A stretch of 64,000 nucleotides of DNA from Aplysia californica (Eukaryota). Position 1 is the first letter of the stretch, and each line of letters starts with the position of its first letter. The position numbers and the translations under genes were made by a program. Shown in pieces: positions 1-13,754 of the stretch. The stretch is taken from contig NW_004797277.1 of assembly GCF_000002075.1 (NCBI RefSeq), positions 1,939,700-2,003,699 on the forward strand. Direction: 5' to 3'. Under the pieces are notes generated by a model. The model saw nothing but the letters and a program-made list of their open reading frames with translations. It did not search any database and was not told where the DNA came from.

Positions 1-2721
1 GGGGGGGTTGGGGTTGGAAAGTGGTTTTTGTTTGTGCAGGTGATTGTCTAGGACAGATGGCCATTTGAGCAGGTTCAACTGTATGCATGAGTACAAAAAA
101 CTGAGATTCAATCCTGAGTCATTTTTCTTTGTATCCTCACCAAGATGATTCCTCTCATCCCAGTACATAAGCTGCTTGATGCAGAATCACAGTGCAAGTC
201 ACCTTTAAAACAGTGTTGTTACTTACTGTCAAATAGAATATTAGACTCGAGTTAACTAAAGGAGGAGATTCGCAAATATGACTAAAATATGTTAAAATAT
301 AAACAGTGGAGCCCCCAAAAAATTATGGAACAAACTCTTTTCAAAGCATACAGACTTTATAACTTGATACAATTTTTATCCTTGAGTTCAAGCCCTCCTC
401 AAGGTCCTTTTGCTCACATACAATGGATTGTGTAATAAAATCATGAATGATACCATGTCACAATTAGAACTAATAGAAACTCCATCACGCCACCATTCAT
501 GATATCACTCAGTTTTACTCCTGAATGTGTACATTCTAAAAAGTAAAGCTCTAATAAGAGAAAAAAATATTTGTTTTTAAAAGTTTATTTCAGCCATTTA
601 TAATGATGAAGGAGAAAAAGCACTGTTTAATGCAACAATGTTTTACAATTTTTCCAGCTGTTGAAGGAAAATGGGAAACAAATTCTTTTTCACACTGTTT
701 CATTTGAAACTTTTGGGTTACAGCATTTTATGTGTAAACGTAGACTTCAAATATATTCAAAACTAAAACAGTCAGTCCAATAACTAATTTCATATAATTT
801 TTGTACTGACATCCTGTATTTGAATATTTTCAACTTGAGATTTCTCAATGTCTTTGAGGCTCTGCCTCTCAGTTCATGAGATTCCTGCAACTTTAATGTG
901 ATTTCAATATCATGCATGTGAAAAAGGTCACAAACTAAAAGAGTTCAATCATTTGATTTGATCTGTGTAAGCCAAATGTCAAGCAATATGACTTAAAATC
1001 TTGTTAAAATATTTTTTAGATGGGAGAAGATTATCTCACAATATTTTGTTGTTGAAAGTTTGCATCCACTTGCAGTAAAATATGTATTTTGAAGTCACCA
1101 ACAGTATGCACACCAAAGGTTAAAATTGCAGTATAAAATGCATGTGTTTCTTTTGTATAAAGTAAGGCCTGTTGTACAAATTCACTGCTCTAACTGGCAG
1201 TGAATTTCGATCCTTTTAAATTATGATATTCCATATCACAGGAAGATATTTTGGCCCAATAATTGCAAAATGGTGAAAACAAACAATTTACAGATGTAAA
1301 AATAAAGGAAACAATTCGTAAGACTCATTGCGTAATGAAAATGAGCTTTTCAAAGCCTGTAAGTATAGCACCTTCACAGGTTTAGCAAAAACTGACAGAT
1401 CAATGATGTGCTGATTATATAAATAAGCAGAGAAATTCAGAAAAACCATTCACCACTTGTGCATCCTTACAAATAATTGATTACAGCGGAAAAGAAGAAA
1501 ACTTGTTAAAAACATTTAACATTTACCAAGGTATTGTATATGTAATATAATATTCATAAAGACTGTAGAATAAAACATCATTTTTATTATTTAATTTATA
1601 CGTTAATCTGCAATGTCAGAAGGATTTTAAAAAACAACATGCTAACATGAACATTTTCAATTGCACATTCTGTTAGACGATTACAATATCTATTTTCTTG
1701 CAAAATACTTTTGAAACTGCAAAATATTAATTTTGTTCACATAATTAGTTTCTTCCCTCACCAGAAAAAGTATTGTACCATTTAATATTTTCCAAAATGA
1801 ATCAACCTGGATAAAACATAATCCTATTTCTCTCATGAAAATTCCACTAAATTCTACAAACTAGAAAATTTGTCCCCTCAGCAAATAAGTAGTTTTCATT
1901 AAAAAAATAAACAGTCTTTATGCAACATTGAATTTCGCCATTATTTTTTAAACTCTCAATAAACCTATCTTTTCATAAAAATTCAGAGTTTGGAGGGGAG
2001 GAGGGAAAACTGTACAAAACCAGATAAAACAAAAAAGGTATGTAAGTACAGTGCAAATTGGAAAAAAAAAAGAAACTAAAAGCATAGTCTGAGAAAAAAC
2101 CAGATTTGCAAAGTTTCACAAGAACAATTCTAAATGAATGGCACCATTATAATATTGTCTTAATGAGCCCAAACATACTTATTTTGATAGAGAGTAAAGC
2201 AGAACACAAACTTGCTCATGCTTAAAGACAAAAGTAAAGCTAATGACATGAATTTTTTTCTTAAAAAAAAAGAAAATAGAAAGAGAACAATATCTCAATT
2301 AGCCTACGTTTAAAAAAAAAAGCTAGCAATGAAAAAGGATAATTTATTTGGACTTTTGTGGAAATAATTTACAATGCACATCTGAAAGGCTGTAGTAAAA
2401 GTATACGCATCTTTCTATAAATGTAAAGCATCATCACCGACGAGATATATGGCTGAGCATTTGGCGTAAAACATTACTCTCCAGCACATACGTTTTTCAA
2501 ACATATTGGATTAAACATGTACATTATAAAGTGCCAGAACCCATAATATACGGATACCCAAGTTTATGTTATGTACATCTAGACACCTATGAATCTCATG
2601 GGCATGAAAATCTCATAGCCTTATCTTGACCTACTCCTTATCACATTGATTGAGAAACACAGTAAATGTATGCGACACAGAAACATTTTTAAAATTGTGT
2701 TTTACACAGCACATGTGAGGT

Positions 2722-5700
2722 TCAGGCTGCTTTTTGCCCACTTCTAGTTTGCCTTCTCTGTTCTTTTTGTTGGCTTATATTGACACTGGATGAAGGGCAG
2801 TAGGTTCCTGATCCAAACATTCTGATCATTTCTTGAAATGTCATTTTGCACTGCAGGAGAAAATAAACGGGTTATAAACAACACATCATTCACATTATGA
2901 TACATAAGGCATATGCACAACATGTTTATGAGAAGAAAAACAGGCACTGAATTTAATTCTTTACACTAGGGAAAATGACTGAAACAACAGGAAATGTTCA
3001 ATGAAATATGAACAGGCAGAAAAAGATTCCCTTACCCTTCGGTTGAGTATGAAAGAGGGGTTAGGGTCTTTTTAAGAATGTGCTCAGATCCACAAAATCC
3101 TTTGCACGACAAGATGGTCAGAAAGACCAAGTCCTGCATTGAAATCTGGAACAGATTGAATGTCGCAAGCTGTGCAGGTCATTGGTGAATGCCGTTCTGT
3201 GGAGGTGATCAGAGGAGGCAGTACCTGGGTCAGGGCTGTGGATGAGGCGGAGATGTACACTAAGGTCATTGCCACTCTGGGACATGAATACCGTGTGTGG
3301 CCAGAAGGAGCAATGCATGCAGAGATTTAGGCTCTCATGGAGGACAACTGCAGACCGGATGAAACCATAATTTTTACGGACGGCTCTGTTCGTTGTGGTA
3401 TCAAGTCAGGTTGGATTTTCATGGCTCTAGTTCATGGACAGTGCGCACAACTTCTAGTATGTGCATGGAAGTCAAAGCTATCGCAGAGGTTCTTTGATGG
3501 ATAGGCAACTGCACATATCAGTCGGTCACAATTCTGACTGACTCAATGAGCACACTTGAGAAAGTGAAATGTAGGTTCCTTTATGCTGATTAGCTCAGCA
3601 AGTAATCTGTCAGCAATGACTTTGATCTTCTGTACTGGGCATGCAGGTATGAGAGGGAATGAGCCAGCAGATCAACTGGTAGGAAGTGCTGGAATAAAGG
3701 GATCACGAGGGAAGACAATAGTAAAACAATAGAGATACTGAAAAGGAAATGAATACAGCCAAGGCAGGGGAAACTCAGCAACCTGTGTAACACTTGCAGA
3801 TGAACTAGCCATCAGTTACTGATGGATACCATCAGTACGTCAAGTTTGAGATTGATCTGCTGATGAGGGGTAAGAAGTTATGGATAGAATCCATCTCTGA
3901 ACGCCCCAGTTCTGGAATCAAGTCACCAAGTATGAGATAACCTGCAACTTAATGCACTACCAACACTGTATACCTGGGTTGTTGTTTTTTGTGCACTACT
4001 AGAATTCACAATTTCTCAATCATTAATCAAGTACTTTGTGAAATGTTGAAAAGGGCGCTACTGCGTTGGAATATATATGACACTAGGCTTTTCATATTGC
4101 GAATTATAAAAACCTGGTGTACACTAAATATTAAGAAGTATATCTCTAATACTGATGATATCTAAAAAGAAGTACAAAATATGTTGTCACTACTTGAGCA
4201 CCATATTTCGGCTCCTATCCTTAGGCTCAAAATCATGTTGTTGAGTGTGATAGCCTTTTAAAGTTGTTGATATGATGGGTGTCGGGAGGAAAAAATTATT
4301 ACTGAGATCCTGCAGTTGGGACACTGGGAGAATAGATGTTTGACACTTTCGAAAAAATGGGCATAAAGTAGGTACAGAAGTTGGTTCTCATGATTTATCC
4401 TGTTCAGGTGATATCAAAGAGGTATGCACTACCTTGGAGGCCAAAATTAACAGTCAGGTCTTTTCTATTGAAAGTCTTTTTGTTGTATTGAGGGTTTGCC
4501 CAGTTCTTATGGTCTTAGACACGCCTGCCATTTGGTCCCTTCACCAATTTTATGATCACTGAGGGCTCCGGTGGCTAGGTGAGTAGCGAATTTAGACTAA
4601 AAAGGAATGTCAAGCAAGTGTCAGTGATACAGGGTTTAAGTGGGTGGTTACTGGGGGTGTGTCCTGAGCAACAAACATCAATCCTAGCTTAAAAACCAAG
4701 ATGTTGCACAGTGGCCCCCTGCAATGGCATGTTTGTGTAATTTTTCTGTATTGGTGTAATGTTGTGTATTTATGATGCATTTATAATTATGTATTTATGT
4801 ATGCTTGTTTGCTGCCATTGTAACCCAAATTGCCCTATGAGGATCAATGAAAATGTATCTATTTATTATATCTTATTATCACCCATTTTGTCAAGGTAAC
4901 TTTCTTAACCCTATCCGTATACCTGGGGTCATTTTGTATCCCAGGGGTAGTATTCTTCACATTTTAGAATACTTCTTCTAGTGCGAAGATCTCTTTGAAA
5001 CTTTCAGTGTTTCTCAAAAAATCATTTTGACAGAATGCTATGCAAAGTGTACGGATTGGATTAACCAGTAAATTTCCTTTTTGGAAAGTGGTGGCACAGA
5101 ATTCGCCATGTCGTAAGAATACGATAGTAAAACATGACGTATGGATAGGGTTAAAATTACAAAGTTTTTGACAGTCTTGTTTTTGTTCGTTTGGCTGGTA
5201 CCTACCAGTCAGTGCTGAGCCTTTTGAAACAGTTCTGCCTGGTTTACTTATACCTGGTATATCTCCACACTCTGGGGATTCACTGCTGTATAGTATAAGC
5301 CACACAATAGTGTTGTTTTCTACTTCAGTGTGGAAGACTTTCTTATTGCCCAATCCATCTTTTTATTTGGTTTGTAAGGAGGACATACAGTCAGTGCGAA
5401 ATTTCAAGAATTAAATGACAATATAGACACAAACTAAGTACCCATTCTCTGAAGTAAAAAGTGGAGATCATAACGGAGAAAGAGAAGAGTAGATGCCAAT
5501 TAAAGGAACAAATTATCAACTTATCTTCACAATACTGCATAATATTATGTTGAAAACATATACACTGTTACATTTCAAGGGAAACTATAAAAATGTAAAG
5601 GAGAAATTTATTAATATCTTGATAACATACATTACTGAGAAGAACATCAAAATTAAATAATGATAATATCAAGTACAGTAGATTATGAAACCATCTTAAA

Positions 5701-8700
5701 GGAGACTACAAATGTTCACTTAGAAAGGCAATCTCATACCTTTTCATCAGGTAGGCATTTGCCAAGGGCTTCCAGTAAAAGTTTTTCTTCTGCAACAGCT
5801 GCACGAAAATCAGGAAGGGATACCCTACCATCGTGATCATTGTCCTGAGAGACCAAAAGATAAATATCATACGATGAATTTATATCTATAAAACTGTTTT
5901 AGAGGGGTGGTGGGAGAGAATGAGCATAAATTTTCAACATCGAGAAGTTAAAAATTACAGAATGTTCAAATCAAATCACTGATTAACCAGATGGAAGTCT
6001 CTTAAACCCTCTCAACAGATTTCATTAGGGTCGCTCCTGTTAACAGGTCACAAAGTTCTATCTGACATTTTCGGCCATTTTGAGCTACTATGTTTAGAGG
6101 TCAGAAACCAAATGTTCTATCTGTTCTATTAGAATCGTAATATTATTTGGAGTTGTTATCAAGATATTCAAAGGACTGCATTTGAAGAAGCTTGACATGT
6201 TGTGAAACTTAAAATTTTTTATGTCAAATTTCTCAAAACTAGGTATTGAGCAGATTATAGAACTTTGAAATTCTAGGGTAGTGAAGTGGGGATTATTTTG
6301 ACCTAGTCTTCGGTTGCTCCCTATTCGAGTACCATTAAGTTTCTGTTCTCCAATTGCACTGCTTTTTCCAAACTCCCAAGAACTGGGATCTTTGACAGAG
6401 ACTGCTGTTTTAATTCAAACTGGTATCTTTAAAATTTTACTAACCAATTTCTTCATGACTATTTCCACAAGCTCTTTCACCAGCTCATCTGGATCTTCTT
6501 CAGTGGGTGCCTGCATTTTCGTCAAACAAAAACAATTTTAACATATGCATACACATATATCACCTTAAAAATAACTACAAAGACTTCTAAGTACAACAGA
6601 TTCCTTTAAATTTTATAATACGATGCTAACCAACTCTTTATCATAAATCCCTTTCATTAAAAAAAAATTGAATGTCTTTCCATTTCCTTTAAAAGTATGT
6701 GAGGTTTCTTTTCCCTTCCCTCTTACTTTCATTTAATAATAAGGCAACTTGAAACCTCACAAGGATTTATTATAAAATCATAGGAAAAAATAGTACTGTC
6801 TCTCAGACAATGACAACAATTAAAAGTTAATATATTAAGAAAACATTCTGAATAGACTTCAGAGAAGATGGCTCTAAATTTTACAGAGAAAGGAAAAAAA
6901 AAGTTCTCAAACATTGATTAGTACTTCAAAGATAATAAGATTTCCATCAAACACTAAGAAAACAGTTTACATTGAGTTTTCTCTTCTTTTTGTTCAATAA
7001 CTTGATCTACAAATCACCTTTCACAATACACATGTGCATTAAAAGTTTTAACAGTGCTACAGGTTAAGATTAATTGCATATGACAAGAGCAAAATATTTG
7101 TGAAAGATATCATAATCAGCACTCTCAAAGCCAATGTAAAAAGGCAATGAAAAATGGCCACAAATTCATCTTCACTAAACACGTTAGCTATCTTTAATAT
7201 AATAAAAATCAAAGGTTTGTGACTATACCTTCACTAAAGAAGATTTCAGTAGCTGGAACATTTCTTCTCGAGAGATGTACCCATCATTATTCAGATCATA
7301 AACATCGAAAACCACTGAAATGAACAAAATAAGTACAGATAAAATAAACATCTTAAACTTTTCTTTTTATTATAACTCTAAAATCACTCAAGAAGATAAG
7401 AAATACATCTACTGCAAGAATAGAATGTTTGGAAAATGTACAAGCTGCTTTGAAAATGGCTTTTTCATAAACATATTTTTGTTGCTTAACGTAAGACTCC
7501 GCCATACACCATATTGAAAAGTGAAATAAAATGGAGTCTTACAGAGAGCAGTCAATTTGTATTGTCAAAAACCAATTCAGAAAATAATCTGTTGGAACAG
7601 ATTTTACAAAATAGGTTGTGCAAATGGTTGGAACCTGACAGCAGAGGATAGCCAGAGAGAATGAAGGAATAAAACATGTAAAAAGAGCAATGAAGGATTA
7701 AATAAGTCAATAGCTGTAATACTCACTCTGTACTTGTTCATCCACAGTACCATTGAGAAACTTCGCAATGCCAGAAACATAGTCCTCTTGGCGTAAAGTT
7801 CCACAGGATCTTTTATCAAAAGCTCTGAAAACTGAAACCATAATCAATGGAAAATTATATCCAGGATTTATTCTGGGGTAAAACAGATGTGAATTGATAA
7901 ATACATTTTTGATGTGGCTAATAAACATACATACCTACATGAAATAGTTCACACATGAAATAATTAGATCAACATCTGTTGTGTAAAGTCATTATTCCAT
8001 GAAAATAATGTAATTTATCCCTACCACCAAAAATACACTCCAAAGTTCCAGATGATTAAATTACAAATAATGTTTCCTATCCTTTTCCAAACCGTGAAAA
8101 ATGAAAACAAGAGCTGCCTACTCCACGAATTGAAATACTTTTTAAAGTAACAATAAGAAATCAGCAATAAATGTAATGCTGAGCAAAACAGGCAAGCATA
8201 GTATTTTCACTCTCAATTTTAGTTTACAGAAAACCATTCAAACAAAAATATCTATAAAGTAGGCCTAACTGGAAGAGTAAATGAAAAGGAAAACAGGACA
8301 TAAACAAATGTTATTTTAAGTTTAATGAAACAATAACAGCAGCATGTACTTTTACTAAAATAATCATTGAGAGTGCACATACATGACTTACCCGCAGTAT
8401 GTATTTCAGCATAGTATAGACATAAATCAAAAACAAATTTAAACTCAAACCTCTGTCCATCAAGATATCATCTGTAATGTTGAAAGATCTGTTAAGCTCG
8501 TCCCGAAATTCATCCCTGTGCAATTTTCCTTCTTCCTTTCTGCATAGCCTGTCAAACCTGGACATGAGATGGTTAACTTCCTCTTTGGGTACTGTGAAAA
8601 TAATGATTGACAAAAATATGAGCCATTGTTCCAGTTCCTCACAACAAACTTATGTAAATGTCTAGACAAGCTTCAGTTACAAGAGTTATACTTTGAATTG

Positions 8701-11700
8701 TGTTAAAGAAGCTTCTTGACCTATTCGAGAATGCTTTTTAACAATTAACAAAAGTTCTTACTCAGAAAACTGAAGAAACATACTGAGCAAAGACAAAAAC
8801 AGTCAACTCACAATCCATAACTACTCAAAAGATCGTTATTTTTACCCAAGCACTTTTCAGTGGATGAAGAATTGACAGTATAAAAGTATATTGATGGTGA
8901 CTGTAAGAAAAAAAAAGCTGGAGACATACAAGCTAGGTCGGGTAAAGAAATAAAGTAGTGAATTAAAATTTTTCAACATTCAGCATTTTCGAGCAATAAT
9001 AAAGCTTGCACCATGTTATTTCAGGATAAAAGAAAGTGGCTTTTTTCTTATCAGGTGATTTTATTTCCCAGTATAGACTTAGCCACATTATATATGAAAT
9101 TTTTAAATTTTTATAAGGCACCCCAAACTGTTTATAATGATCAGTCTCTTCAGTTTAAGTTGGGGTTTTGTTTAAGCTGCTATGTCAGGCAGGTATACTC
9201 TTCTGGAACTTCAGACTGCAAAGTCTTAATTTTAGCATATTTGCAATGTCACTTGAGACCTCCATGTTTTTCACTACCCATGACACCTAGAAGTAGAGCA
9301 GGGCAAACTCAGCCAGCTATTCACAAAAGAAAAACGTCAAATCAGGTGGGGGGGGGGGGGGGGGGGGGGTGTTCATGAGGAGGTTTGGGAAAAAAAGTAC
9401 ACAAAATAAAAGGGAGAAAGTTTCTTTAACTCTTTGATTCCGGATCACCACTTAAGTGACGTTTTGGGGTACCGATTAGGTCAACCCTAAGATCTACACC
9501 AATTTTCACACGGATTGCGATTTTCTGTACAATTACGAATGGTTTGAGTGCTCACACAAACGAATATTTGACTGAATTACAGCCGTTTTGAGGTAACACC
9601 CTTCGCGCCTTGATGCAGAAAAGTGCAGAATCCCCTGCGTACTGAAAGAGTTAACTCTTTATCTATGAGGGGGGGGGGGGGGGTAAACCCTCTGTGCCAG
9701 GGTCCTTTTTGGTATGGAATCTAAAGGTGAGATGTATGTCACTAAATTGGTCATTAAATTTTAAAAAGTGAACTTATTTTACTTGTTCTTAAACTAATGA
9801 ATGAACTCCCATTAAAAGAGACCTGTTTTTGGCAACTGCTGAATAGTAATTTTATGTCAACATTGTTGTTCAGAACTGTTCCCGAATCTTCAATATTGTA
9901 CCACCATCTGATAGATTATTTTATAACCTTCAGTTTGATGGGCCATATGATATGATTTGTGTGTGTTTAGTTGGATGTTTAGACATTTTTCTTTGGTGGG
10001 GTAGGGGCGTAAAAATAGGTCAGGGAAAAGCCCTGGGCCAGTGGTGGATTTTCGCCTGGTAGGAAAACACAATTCATGGAAAGCAAGTTCTCCCTCCTCT
10101 TTTAAAGGTTTCGGGATGATAGCCACTCCATTTATAATTCCCACCCAAGTGTGGATGAAAGAAATAACTCTTTGGTCAAAATTTGTTCCCCTACATTTAG
10201 CCAGAAATTATTTTTTTAAGTACTCAGACTTTCGTTTTAATTTCAAAGGTAATATAATGCATAGTACATTAGGTACCAGAAACTAAATTTTCAAAGTAGC
10301 TGTATGCCAAGTTTATCTGTTCCATATATGAAAGGCCCATGTCTTCTGAGAATTTTAGTATCATTCTTTTACATCTCAGTCAATTTTAAAGAAAATGGCA
10401 GCTCTTTTAAATATACTGACGAGCAAAAGAAAGTGGGCACCCTTCGTTCTGTGCATTATGTCCGTTCTTTACCGTAGTAATGACGTATTGCCAATGGATT
10501 TTGAAAGGCTTGCCATTTTTTCATTAAGGGCAGACAAAAAACCTAAGAAAAACGATCAAAAACACACCTTTTATTAGAAACTCATAACACCGATTCGAAT
10601 GTTCAAAATCCCAGAATTAGTAACGGGTGTAACTCCCACCAAAACTGATGTCTACAGTACATCTCTGCCTCATTTATTGCACAAGTCGTTGGATAAATTG
10701 CTGGAGAATATAATTCCAAGCATTCGTTAATGCTTGTTGCAGTTGTGGGATTGTCGTTGGGGGTGGCCGAAGGGTGCGAATTTCCTTGTCCTTCCTGTCC
10801 CAGAGGTGCTCAATCACGTTTATAGCTGGGGATAATACTGGCAACTGTGTTATAACACGTACGTCATTTTTGTTGTAAGAATCTCTCGGTATCAGAGGCA
10901 CGGTGTGCTGGTGCAATGTCCTGCTGGATCACGAGATTGTTCCTTTGGCGAGCCAGAAACGGCAGAAGGTGTGGATAGAGAACGTCATTGATGTATCTCT
11001 GGGCAGTCAGATTACCGTCGATAATGACTAGGTCGAATTCAGCAGTACTGGGTATGGATTCCCTTACAATAATGCTACGTTTGTCAGCAACAGCACTGAC
11101 ACACTGAGGTAAAAAACGTTTATGACGTCTCCGGTAGGCTTTCTGCCTTTCATAGTGGAGATCCAAAAGAAATCTGGACTCGTCAGAAAATATCACTCTA
11201 TTCCACTAGCGTGGAGTCTGGCATGACGGTGTCTTTGGAGGAGATGGGTGCGTCGAGCTGGGTGTCGGGCAACGATTCCATGGGCTTTCAAGCGTCGACG
11301 AACGGTGAAACGGCTGATTGGTCTAAGCCCAGGCAAATCTCTGGCAATTTTAGAAGCTGTTTGAAACCGATCCCGCAAGTGTGGAACTCTGATCCGATTG
11401 TCTTCAACAGCAGTAGTGACACGAGGACGACCAGACCTTGGAGTATCAGTAACCGAACCACTTGCTTGGAAGTGTATCCTTAGCTTTTGGATCATATCTC
11501 TCTTCACATTGAAAGCTCTAGCGACAGAAGAAACCGTCGCATTAACTCTCAGCATGCCAAAAGAGCTCAAGACATTGCGCATCACTGAGACGAGGCATCA
11601 TATTAAAATAAATTCAAAAGAACTAACCCAAATATTTTGACGGCCTTTTCTCTGACACACGTTGAAGTGTGTAACGAATAAAGAATAAAAGTAAAGGCAT

Positions 11701-13754
11701 TGTAAACTTTCAAGAAAACGAGAAAACAAGTTTTTACCAAACATGTTGTAAACACTTTTTACAACAACAAAATAAACAAATGTTGTTCTGACTGACTTTC
11801 TAAAGTCACTCAAGCTCAGCATGTCAATCGCCAAGTCAAAATTCGCGAGACGACTCATACAGCACCAATTTGAAAACTGCCCACTTTCTTTTGCTCGCCA
11901 GTATATGATCAAATATTGCTAAAGTCACTAACTGGCTGCAACCCCATGTTTGACAGATAATAAAAGAGTGCATCAAACATCAACACATTAACAGAGTAGG
12001 CCTACAATCAATCATAGATATGGAGCCTCATTTTTTTCAAGACTGTGAGATCATTGCAAATCAGTTTTTTATTGCCTCAAACACAGCTAGTCAGCTCTGC
12101 TGTAGTGTGCTGAGTGCTCCCCGCATGGGAGGGGGGGGGGGTCCACATATTTTCACAGTTTCGCAGAAGGATTGATACAGAATTATTCCAGGCTGATGAC
12201 TTTATTCTAATAGAAAATGAACTGATCTTTCTATTGGTACCTTTTTTGAGCCGGTATTTTTCATAATTCGTGTTTAAAATGATTTTTGAAAACTTTGAAG
12301 GTATTTTTAAAGGCTTTCTGCTTAAATGCCAAGGGCCAAAAATATACCACGCGAAACCCCGTTTAAAGGTAAATAGTCCCCTGTTAATAAAAAGATGGTA
12401 TTTAATCATCAATCTTTCCCCGAAGCATTCGAATACATAGGTGTCAATTTTTAAACCGGCAGACCACGCATTCCGACCGAGAGGGGCTTTGCTTTCCACT
12501 GCAATTCTACAGCCCTAAATACTCAGATACAGAAACAGCATACATCATTGTACAGAGGAGCTGAACTTTTTCAAAGTGTTCGGCATTTGGTCTTTTGTAG
12601 GGAAAGAGCAAAGAAACAGCCATTCGAATTACCCCCATTTCCCCGAAACCATGTGTTCAGAAGGCTACGAGGCTATGTTTATGCTACCTACATTTATGGG
12701 ATTTTTTATACCGGTGTATGTATAATTGGTCTAATTTTATGTATTCTGTAGTAGTGGATTAAGAAAATACTATGAAACAGATGTGATACAACAAAGGAAA
12801 CATTTTTTCCATACCCACACAGAACAGCTTATGTCGCATTATCATTGCTGTCACTGCACAAACTGCCAGACTCAGTAATTAATTGTTGTAATCATCTCCT
12901 TCAGAAACTCCTGAAATCAGCAGCTGCAGCTATGACTATAACAGCTAGGGCTTTCTCAATCTGTCCCTCGCACCATTGCTCACTTATTCTCACTTGCAAA
13001 AAAATCCAACAAATGTACAGGTCTAAGTTGTCTCAAACAAGCTCAAAATGTGTTTGCTTGTTTACATTTTGAGGGCAATTGGATCAACAATAATATTAGG
13101 TAGCTGCTGAAAACGTGATGTTGTAAAATAAAAGCTACCACGAACGCATGATGTGTCAATACAAAATGAGACACTTTGTGAATCAAAGACAACATTGCCA
13201 CCCCAGTGGAATGTGTAAATGCAATCAACTCTTCCATCATTTCTCTGGCAGTAAAGAGTATAAAGACTAAACTAAAGATATAGGCGTCACATATTCTTCT
13301 TTAGGTAAAATAAACAATAAACTGTGTGAGGTTGTAGATTTTTCTCAATTTGGAAAATCTTAAAGAAGCATTCACGACCAAATTGTCTGTGTGATACTTA
13401 TTTTTGACGTCTTGAATTAAACGTTTTTAGCTAGGCTTAACTTTGTACTATAATTAGATCTAGATCTAGATTCTAGATCTAGAAATCTAGATCTAGATCT
13501 AGATTCTAGATCTAAAACTAATCAGTTTGGCTCAGTTTCAGAGTTTGTCCGACATGGAAACGAGAAAAGAAAGTATGAATAACAGCCTCCAAAGTATCTG
13601 ATTCAAGTTAACACTATTTTACACATCTTAGTATTGTACAAAAACATATATGTAAGTGCTTGGTAGCCTTTGTTTCATTCTTACATCTGGTAGTTTTGAC
13701 CATCTGATTCAAAAATTGTTCCTTCGACTGCCTGCTGCTGTGCTTGGACGCCAT
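2722..13754 (-). CDS. EFCAB1: EF-hand calcium-binding domain protein 1 (calaxin-like), complete, 7 coding exons, 233 aa
   Basis: complement(join(2722..2850,5740..5844,6445..6510,7229..7314,7727..7831,8451..8591,13685..13754)) = 702 nt; all introns GT-AG and phases match. Translation [29 protein letters not shown]...[18 protein letters not shown]...[63 protein letters not shown]...[14 protein letters not shown] carries EFCAB1 motifs as recalled (TDDxxMDRVFRxFD, EEDPDE, LLLEAxGxCLPD). Confidence 0.9.
3300..3690 (+). mobile_element. Decayed non-LTR retrotransposon fragment with RNase H domain
   Basis: Broken frames read IFTDGS...[16 protein letters not shown]...ILTDSMSTL...[14 protein letters not shown], the catalytic motifs of RNase HI-type domains in LINEs. 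Antisense within the last EFCAB1 intron. Confidence 0.8.
4909..5150. mobile_element. piggyBac-like MITE
   Basis: TTAA|CCCTATCCGTA ... TATGGATAGGG|TTAA: terminal inverted repeats with TTAA on both sides. Confidence 0.75.
9430..9650. mobile_element. piggyBac-like MITE
   Basis: TTAA|CTCTTT ... AAAGAG|TTAA; interior richer in CpG than the flanks. Confidence 0.55.
10266..12690 (+). repeat. Dispersed repeat family A, copy 1 (host of the Tc1 insertion)
   Basis: Aligns by eye with 32207-33199 (reverse) and 44226-44760 (forward), e.g. TAGGTACCAGAAACTAAATTTT and CCAAAAATATACCACG. Confidence 0.75.
10414..11903 (-). mobile_element. Tc1/mariner (DD34E-type) transposon, full length, transposase pseudogenised
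   Basis: 26-bp TIRs TACTGACGAGCAAAAGAAAGTGGGCA / TGCCCACTTTCTTTTGCTCGCCAGTA (1 mismatch) with TA TSDs at 10412-10413 and 11904-11905. Transposase is split across frames (~11599 to 10674): MPRLS..., [38 protein letters not shown]. Confidence 0.93.
13455..13514. repeat. (TAGATC)n palindromic microsatellite
   Basis: Directly visible; in EFCAB1 intron 1. Confidence 0.95.

Noticed and set aside
2744-2947. Supplied 67-aa ORF as the last EFCAB1 exon
   Set aside because: The phase-0 splice from exon 6 uses a different frame (CKMTF...KAA*, stop at 2722-2724).
9347-9369. Long poly-G/poly-C runs (also ~16080, ~19392, ~58985) as functional G-quadruplexes
   Set aside because: Simple homopolymers scattered through the window with no positional pattern.
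13685-13754. EFCAB1 as a myristoylation substrate of its neighbour NMT (many neuronal calcium sensor proteins are myristoylated)
   Set aside because: The predicted N-terminus is MASK, with no Gly at position 2.
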